Origin: a virus
Direction: 5' to 3' (one strand)
DNA length: 64,000 nt
IMG/VR virus record: IMGVR_UViG_3300033146_000857
Coordinates: 32,472-96,471 of that record
Shown here: positions 57,860-64,000 of the stretch, piece after piece
Layout: each line of letters starts with the position of its first letter
How positions within the stretch are numbered: the stretch's first letter is position 1
Program-made: the position numbers and the translations under genes
The notes under the pieces: model-generated
The model's database searches: none
Told to the model about the DNA's origin: nothing
Seen by the model: the letters and a program-made list of their open reading frames with translations, nothing else

Positions 57860-60247
57860 ATGACTAGAGATATGATGTCTCAAGCTAAACTACTAGAGGG
57901 TTACCTAAGATACCAAGATGATTGTCAAAGATATGAAGTATGGCCCGAGTCTGTTGATAGAGTAATGAGAATGCACGAGACTAAGTATAAGGCTATACTA
58001 AACCCAGAATTGGTAGGCTTAATAGAGGAAGTAAGAATGGCTTACACGGATAAGTTATTTTTAGGTGCTCAAAGAGCCTTACAATTTGGAGGAAAACAAC
58101 TACTTAGTAAACATGGAAGACTCTATAACTGCACAGCTACTTTTTGTGATAGACCAAAGATGTTTAATGAAGCTATGTGGTGGCTGCTCTGTGGAGCTGG
58201 GACGGGTTTCAGTGTTCAAAAACACCATATAAAGAAACTTCCAGAAATTACCAACAGATCAGAAGAAGTCGTAACCTATGTAATTCCAGACTCTATTGAA
58301 GGCTGGGCAGACTCAATAGCAGTACTACTATCATCTTTCTTTGTAACAGACCAAGCTTTTCCTGAGTATATGGGTAAAAAGATACATTTTGATGGGTCTA
58401 AGATAAGACCAAAGGGTGCAGAGATAAGTGGGGGCTTTAAGGCGCCAGGACCTATACCGTTACTTGACTGTTTAACTAAAATAGAACTACTACTAAAGAA
58501 GAGCCTACAACAAGGACAGTATAAGATAAAAACTATCGTGGCCTATGATATTCTAATGTATATAGCTGATGCCGTAATAGCCGGTGGAGTTAGAAGATCT
58601 GCAACTATATGTATGTTTTCTAAAGATGATGAGGACATGCTTAAAGCTAAGACCGGTGACTGGAGCATAGAAAATCCTCAAAGAGGTAGAAGTAATAACT
58701 CAGTTGTACTACTTAGAGATGAAGTTACCGAGGAAGAGTTTAAGCTTATAATGAAGTCTGTTAAAGAGTTTGGTGAGCCAGGTTTTATACTTACTGACAG
58801 TCTAGACTTCGTGTTTAATCCTTGTGTAGAGGTAGGAATGAGACCAATATCTGAGTCTGGTGAGTCTGGCTGGCAAGCCTGTAATCTTACTGAGATTAAT
58901 GGTAGTAAGTCTATTGACAAAGAAACTTTCTTTTTACAGTGTAAAATTGGTAGTATTTTAGGTACTCTGCAAGCTGGGTATACAAAGTTTGATTACTTAA
59001 CAAAAGCCTCCCAAGACATCATAGAAAGAGAAGCTTTAATAGGCGTAGGCATAACAGGCTATATGAACAATCCTGATATACTTCTAGATGAGGAAATCCT
59101 TAAAGAAGGAGCTAGAGTAGTTAAATACTGGAATAAAAAAGTAGCTGGTATGATAGGTATAAACCAAGCAGCACGCTGTACTGTAGTTAAACCTAGTGGC
59201 AACGCTTCTGTAATCTTAGGAACAGCTTCAGGAATACACGGAGAGCACTCTAAAATTTATCTCAGACATGTACAAATGCTTAAAGACTCTGATATAGCTA
59301 AACTTATATTTAAGACTAACCCTGAAATGTGTGCTACGAACTCTTGGAATAGTAAAGAGTATTCTATAGCTTTTCCAATAGAATCTCCTAGTAAGTCTAT
59401 CTTTAAGTCTGATCTACTTGGAGTTAAACAACTAGAAGTAGTTAAGCTAGTTCAAAACTCTTGGATATCTGAGGGTAAGAATGAAGAACTATGCACAGAC
59501 AAACGCTTGACTCATAATGTGTCTAATACTATAACAGTAGATGACTGGGATGAAGTTACAGACTATATTTACAAGAATAGGTATAGTCTGTGTGGAGTAA
59601 GTTTCTTACCAGCTACGGGTGATAGAGCATACTATCAAGCTCCATACACTGAGGTTAAAGATTTAGAGGAGCTGACTAAAACTTATGGAACCAAGATTTT
59701 ATTTGCTTCAGCCTTAATAGAGAATGCTCTTAAAGCCTTTGGAGGAAACCTATGGGTAGCTTGTGATACAGCCTTAGGCTTCGGAGAAAAGCTATCTGAT
59801 AAACATTATGACCTAAATAAAAGAGATTTTGTTAGACGGCTTGAAAACTTCAGTACTTCATTCATGCCTAAAGAGAAACTAGAATGTATAGAACAACTAG
59901 AAGAGGCTATAGCTCTGTGTGATAAAGAACTAAGCTATGAGAATCTAGAGGCTAAGCGTGACGACTCTGGAGATAAAGCTATGGAGATTCTATGGCAAGT
60001 TAATATGACCGTTAAAAGAGCTTTAAATAAAGAACTTAATAGTGTTGAAAACCTAGAAGTCTTAGAAAAGGCTAAAATTCTATGCGTTACTTGTCTTAAG
60101 GATGTCTATGTTCTTCATAAGTATACTAAAATACAAGAGAACCTAACTCCTATAGACTGGTCTGCAGCCTGTATAGACAAGCAAGGCTTAATAGACGCTG
60201 ATACTCTTGTAGGTGCAGCCTGTAGCGGTGGAGCTTGTGAGATATGA
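57860..60247 (+). CDS. nrdJ: Ribonucleotide reductase catalytic subunit, probably class II monomeric (NrdJ-like)
   Basis: LYNC, GTGFSV, GGVRRSA, FNPCVEV (thiyl Cys), CNLTEIN, TVVKPSG, C-terminal CSGGACEI; no nrdB adjacent. Class assignment is not certain. Confidence 0.75.
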   Translation: MTRDMMSQAKLLEGYLRYQDDCQRYEVWPESVDRVMRMHETKYKAILNPELVGLIEEVRMAYTDKLFLGAQRALQFGGKQLLSKHGRLYNCTATFCDRPKMFNEAMWWLLCGAGTGFSVQKHHIKKLPEITNRSEEVVTYVIPDSIEGWADSIAVLLSSFFVTDQAFPEYMGKKIHFDGSKIRPKGAEISGGFKAPGPIPLLDCLTKIELLLKKSLQQGQYKIKTIVAYDILMYIADAVIAGGVRRSATICMFSKDDEDMLKAKTGDWSIENPQRGRSNNSVVLLRDEVTEEEFKLIMKSVKEFGEPGFILTDSLDFVFNPCVEVGMRPISESGESGWQACNLTEINGSKSIDKETFFLQCKIGSILGTLQAGYTKFDYLTKASQDIIEREALIGVGITGYMNNPDILLDEEILKEGARVVKYWNKKVAGMIGINQAARCTVVKPSGNASVILGTASGIHGEHSKIYLRHVQMLKDSDIAKLIFKTNPEMCATNSWNSKEYSIAFPIESPSKSIFKSDLLGVKQLEVVKLVQNSWISEGKNEELCTDKRLTHNVSNTITVDDWDEVTDYIYKNRYSLCGVSFLPATGDRAYYQAPYTEVKDLEELTKTYGTKILFASALIENALKAFGGNLWVACDTALGFGEKLSDKHYDLNKRDFVRRLENFSTSFMPKEKLECIEQLEEAIALCDKELSYENLEAKRDDSGDKAMEILWQVNMTVKRALNKELNSVENLEVLEKAKILCVTCLKDVYVLHKYTKIQENLTPIDWSAACIDKQGLIDADTLVGAACSGGACEI

Positions 60248-60711
60248 CCTATACTGACTGGCATAATATGCAACAGTCAAAAGTATCCAAGATAGTAAGT
60301 CGATTGCCTAAAGATGAGGTAATCGACTATTTTAACTGGGATAACATGGTTAAGTACGAGCCAGACTTTTGCCCTTTATATAAGACTAAGTCCAAGTGTC
60401 ATGAACTAGAAGATCTAAACTGCTTGTTCTGCGCTTGTCCACATTTTAGACATTCAGATAGAACACCCCTGTTTTATAACGGAGCTGTAAAAGTAATGAG
60501 CATTTGTAGCCTTGGATCAAAGAAAGCTAGTCTCTTTGTAGTTGATAACACGGGACACTGTAATTGTTCAGACTGTGTTGTGCCTCATAAAAATGTCAAG
60601 GTTCTATGGTCCAAGTTTAAACCACAAAACTTTAGTCATAATATGTCTTTAATTGAAAAAATAAGAGCTTTTCAGCTGTCAGATATCTTAGGACGGTATA
60701 AGCTATTTTAA
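60244..60711 (+). CDS. Cys-rich host-like hypothetical protein
   Basis: EVIDYF...NMVK.EPDFCPLY....KCH...DLNC..CACP.FR...CS.C..PH resembles a conserved hypothetical recalled from Campylobacterota. Confidence 0.65.
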   Translation: MTYTDWHNMQQSKVSKIVSRLPKDEVIDYFNWDNMVKYEPDFCPLYKTKSKCHELEDLNCLFCACPHFRHSDRTPLFYNGAVKVMSICSLGSKKASLFVVDNTGHCNCSDCVVPHKNVKVLWSKFKPQNFSHNMSLIEKIRAFQLSDILGRYKLF

Positions 60712-60719
60712 GGAACTAC

Positions 60720-60968
60720 ATGAACATTCTAGCTATTATTGGTGAGGAATATGAGAAGGTAAAGCCCAGAAGGCCTAGAAAGACTATAAATAAGAACATT
60801 TTTAAACTTGGTGAGCCTATAGGAACTCTTGGTTTAGTCTACTGGGGCAAAGAAGTACAAAAAGGAACTAGACCAAGAACCTGCATGTTAGTGTGTCCTA
60901 ACTGTAACAATCTCTTTAGGGGAGACATAGGAAGAGCTAAGACTAACAAGATAGGTCCATGTTGTTGA
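60720..60968 (+). CDS. Small zinc-ribbon-like protein
   Basis: CPNC...CC; basic. Confidence 0.6.
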   Translation: MNILAIIGEEYEKVKPRRPRKTINKNIFKLGEPIGTLGLVYWGKEVQKGTRPRTCMLVCPNCNNLFRGDIGRAKTNKIGPCC

Positions 60969-61016
60969 CCACCATGGTAGATAAGACTATCTAAGCTTAT
61001 CTAATAAGGAGTTATA

Positions 61017-61346
61017 ATGGATATTAAAAAAATATTGGCTGATGCTAAATTAGCTTTAACTACTCTAATTTTAGTCTTAACAAGCATAATAGGTGGTTAC
61101 ACTTTTATAACAGATACTTTTGTTACTAAAGCTTATGCTCAAAGTCTAGAAGACAAGTATAAAGCTGTGATAAATAGTATTGATTTGGACACCCAATATA
61201 ATAAACTACAGTTAGTTCAGATGAAACTACTGAGACTTGAAAATAAAGAGACTCTCAGTGATCTTGAGAAAGAACTTCAAAAGACCTTGGTTAAACAAGA
61301 GTCACGTATAAATACCAAAATTGATAGAATAGAATTTAAACAGTGA
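61017..61346 (+). CDS. Membrane-anchored coiled-coil protein
   Basis: N-terminal TM LALTTLILVLTSIIGGY, then heptads; AAGGAG RBS. Confidence 0.65.
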   Translation: MDIKKILADAKLALTTLILVLTSIIGGYTFITDTFVTKAYAQSLEDKYKAVINSIDLDTQYNKLQLVQMKLLRLENKETLSDLEKELQKTLVKQESRINTKIDRIEFKQ

Positions 61347-61400
61347 CTACCAGAAAGTCTACTTTAGTCTATGATATAGAAATTTAACAAGGATTAAAAT

Positions 61401-62459
61401 ATGGCAATAGTTACTCGTGCAGGTAAAGGCTCAGAATTAACTCATGCGGAATTAGATAATAACTTTAGTGAACTAGCCTCAAGGTCTGGAACTAAGGTTA
61501 TTAACGAAGCAGGCTTGAGTGATGGCAAAATGTTGGTTTATGACTCAACATCAGGTAAGTTGGTCTATATGGATATACCAGAGGGTGGTCCAAGTATAGA
61601 TGATACTAACAAAGGTGATGGGAAAATCTTATCTTGGAATGAAACGGCAGCTAAGTTTATTTATATTGACTTACCAGAAGCTCCTGAAATTCCTGAAATT
61701 CCTGAAATTCCGAAAACAGTACTTATTAGTACCCCCAAAGTCTATAGTAGCGGCTTATTTGAACAAGATGAGCCAGAGATAAGAACAACTAGGCTAGTAG
61801 ATGACCAATTTGTGTCTGTAGAAAGGTCTGAGAACAAGACTAAAAGTAGGCTGGTTGTATCCTATACTCCAGTAGATCCTTTAGACTCTTCAATAAAAGT
61901 ATTACAAGTGTTCTATGATATACCAAATGCCAAGTACATCAAGGCCGAGGGTATTACTAAAGACTATTTCGTGGCTACTGATAGCCATAACCAACCTAAA
62001 AAAATATTACTTTTTAACCATTCTCAGGCTGAGGCAGTTCAAAACGTACCAGGGTGGTCGCCAGCAACAAACGCTCCAAGCAAAATACTAAATATAACTC
62101 ATGATTTAGTAGACTCAAGTTACTCCTTATATTTTAGTGGTGAACTAATAATAGCATTCACAGCTGATGTAAGTAAAAAGCAGTACATAGAAGTTTTTAA
62201 TCCTTCACAGAGTACTAACACAGCAGGATTAATCTTATCTTCAAATGACACTTCTCTAGCCAATTCATTTGGCTTTACAAGTAACTTTGGGACTATTTTA
62301 ACTCAGTTTGTTTACACAGATGACATAAATATTTACATAGGCTCTCCTAAGGAAGTAGTCGGTGACCAATATTTAGTCTTACAAAAATTTAGTCTTTCAG
62401 GCACATATTTAAGTACTCTACAGATTAAAAAAGCTATACAATCAGGAGGAGAAGGATAA
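61401..62459 (+). CDS. Putative virion fibre/appendage protein
   Basis: N-terminal MAIVTRAGKGSELTHAELDNNF anchor-type motif, DG..L.YD....K..Y fibre repeats, (PEI)3 linker. Confidence 0.6.
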   Translation: MAIVTRAGKGSELTHAELDNNFSELASRSGTKVINEAGLSDGKMLVYDSTSGKLVYMDIPEGGPSIDDTNKGDGKILSWNETAAKFIYIDLPEAPEIPEIPEIPKTVLISTPKVYSSGLFEQDEPEIRTTRLVDDQFVSVERSENKTKSRLVVSYTPVDPLDSSIKVLQVFYDIPNAKYIKAEGITKDYFVATDSHNQPKKILLFNHSQAEAVQNVPGWSPATNAPSKILNITHDLVDSSYSLYFSGELIIAFTADVSKKQYIEVFNPSQSTNTAGLILSSNDTSLANSFGFTSNFGTILTQFVYTDDINIYIGSPKEVVGDQYLVLQKFSLSGTYLSTLQIKKAIQSGGEG

Positions 62460-63364
62460 TGTTAGGAAGTGTATCAACTCAAAAAGAAGGCGTAGTAGTA
62501 ATTTTTGCCTCAAGGATCTTCGGACTATTTAATGATGTCCTAGGCGTGTACAATCCAGATGGGTCTACTCTTAAAGACTTTCTAAACAACGATTTAGTTT
62601 TTGAAGTGACTAACCCAGAAAATAACCTTGGGTATATTCGTAAGTTTGGGGAGTTTTTGCTATGCTCTAGACTTAGAGACTCTAATACAGGTCTAGATTC
62701 TGATGGACCAGTACTTTTAGACCCGGAAACACTAGCTGTAAAAGAATACTTACCAAGACTAGACGACTCAGGGGTGTTAGTCTATGAAGATCAAATAAGT
62801 CTACAAAATGAAACAAGCTTAATCTCAGTAGAATTGTCTAACGATCTAGCTCGACTTACAAGACTAAATAAGGAAGAGAATGCAGAAGATCATGTTAGCC
62901 TAAGCTATAAAAATAGAACACTTAAAACAAATATTTTAGTACCTTGCCCGGATACCCTGAGTGAGTCTAAGGATATATCATTAGTGATTAAGTATAATAA
63001 AAACAATTTTGAAAACTTTAGTCCTGTAACTGGTGTAAAAGGGACTCCTGTGTATTCTATACACCTAAGTGGTAGAGTAATAAATAGTCATTCATCTGGG
63101 GATAACATTGAGCTAGAAGTAACCTTGTTTAATGAAAATGGCACTATTGTAGGCAGGATGGCAAATAACCTAGACAATACCATTGGGGTATCTGGGACCA
63201 TACCTGAACTTAAAGTACTCTTAGGCACTACTGCCTCCTCTGGTGAGACCCTTGTAGACCTAGAGGTAAAGATAGTTTCATTTAGACAGGCTAGTAATGA
63301 ACTAGACAAAGTATTTGATTTGGCTAACTTAGAACTAGACTTTGAGACAGTCCAAGGGCCTTAA
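62459..63364 (+). CDS. Hypothetical protein, partner or continuation of the fibre gene
   Basis: 301 aa; TAATG coupling. Confidence 0.6.
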   Translation: MLGSVSTQKEGVVVIFASRIFGLFNDVLGVYNPDGSTLKDFLNNDLVFEVTNPENNLGYIRKFGEFLLCSRLRDSNTGLDSDGPVLLDPETLAVKEYLPRLDDSGVLVYEDQISLQNETSLISVELSNDLARLTRLNKEENAEDHVSLSYKNRTLKTNILVPCPDTLSESKDISLVIKYNKNNFENFSPVTGVKGTPVYSIHLSGRVINSHSSGDNIELEVTLFNENGTIVGRMANNLDNTIGVSGTIPELKVLLGTTASSGETLVDLEVKIVSFRQASNELDKVFDLANLELDFETVQGP

Positions 63365-63367
63365 CTC

Positions 63368-63406
63368 TTAGCCAAGAGTCTTAACTCTTGGCTAAAGTTT
63401 CTTTTT
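63368..63406 (+). terminator. Intrinsic terminator
   Basis: TTAGCCAAGAGT-CTTA-ACTCTTGGCTAA then AGTTTCTTTTT. Confidence 0.75.
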
Positions 63407-63479
63407 AAAAACTCACAATATAATTATACTACAAATAAATGACATGAATCATTTATAATCTAACTCTTAGGAGAACAAA

Positions 63480-63716
63480 ATGAACAGAAATACAGCTATG
63501 TCAATGATAGCAGCAGCTTCAGTCTTAGGCTCAGACCTTAACACACATAATAGAGGAACTACTAGAAGTAGTAAGTCTAGACCGACTAGATATAAACAAT
63601 CAATATTGGCAGGTATGAGAAGCAAAGCTCATCAGTTTCCAGACGGTGAGAAACTGCCTAATGGTAAAAATAGATGGTACAAAAAACATGGCGAGCTAGT
63701 CCAAAGAGATGTTTGA
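63480..63716 (+). CDS. Basic hypothetical protein
   Basis: 78 aa; TATAAT at 63419, AGGAG RBS. Confidence 0.65.
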   Translation: MNRNTAMSMIAAASVLGSDLNTHNRGTTRSSKSRPTRYKQSILAGMRSKAHQFPDGEKLPNGKNRWYKKHGELVQRDV

Positions 63717-63921
63717 TTTTGAAAAGGTCTTAAAAATGATGAAGGCTGTTAACTGGCTATACCTTGGTGAACCAGTTAGCCTAAAAAGCATAAAAGATAC
63801 AGCCAGTTTAGTAATTCATAAAGCACAAGTAAATAAGTCAACTGTTAGAACTGGGGGTTTTATGTGTACTTATCCAGAAATGGAAATTTTCTTTATAGGA
63901 GAAAGCCATGGAATTAATTAG
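63709..63921 (+). CDS. Hypothetical protein
   Basis: FDFEKV.KMM..VNW...TGGF pattern; overlaps the previous gene. Confidence 0.6.
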   Translation: MFDFEKVLKMMKAVNWLYLGEPVSLKSIKDTASLVIHKAQVNKSTVRTGGFMCTYPEMEIFFIGESHGIN

Positions 63922-64000
63922 AGAACCAGGAGCTATATTTAGACGAGAATGCTGGAGAGATAGTTTAACTTTAAACTATGAGCGTGGTGAGTTTATCTAT

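Noticed and set aside
1-64000. tRNA genes, integrase/repressor, tail sheath
   Set aside because: No cloverleaf/T-loop signature, recombinase motif or sheath-sized gene was recognised by eye; tRNAscan-SE and HMM searches would be needed to exclude them formally.

Overview
AT-rich window of a large tailed dsDNA phage, probably siphovirus-like. No integrase, cas, rRNA or tRNA genes were recognised. Positions 1-37.4 kb (minus strand) are the virion module: TerS, GpA/SPO1-type TerL, portal, protease/scaffold, decoration protein, major capsid, head-tail connectors, tail tube, a tail-assembly chaperone pair with a visible -1 frameshift, a 3813-aa tape measure, tail-tip proteins and large Calx-beta/LamG adhesin-like proteins. 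A tightly coupled operon inside it joins a DUF5675 endolysin-like gene and holin-like membrane genes to a complete two-component system (receiver plus sensor histidine kinase), a small secreted protein and an outer-membrane beta-barrel. At 37.4 kb the coding strand switches. A ~10 kb block of small early genes (37.8-47.1 kb) is bracketed by tandem-repeat arrays with inverted motifs and is a candidate long terminal repeat / host-takeover module. Its genes share a conserved leader (AGTTTACTGGTAAGAGCTTTAAAACCAGA...ATCTGAGGAG). A 24-bp RNA hairpin at 45754-45820 displays the exact antisense of that leader's ribosome-binding site in its loop, making it a candidate phage sRNA shut-off system. Positions 48.9-64 kb hold many small ORFs, including an ACP-like protein lacking its Ser, a PolA O-helix fragment and a degenerate RNase H, plus a ribonucleotide reductase and fibre-like genes. 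A Campylobacterota host is inferred, not proven. All family assignments come from motifs read by eye; no database searches were run.
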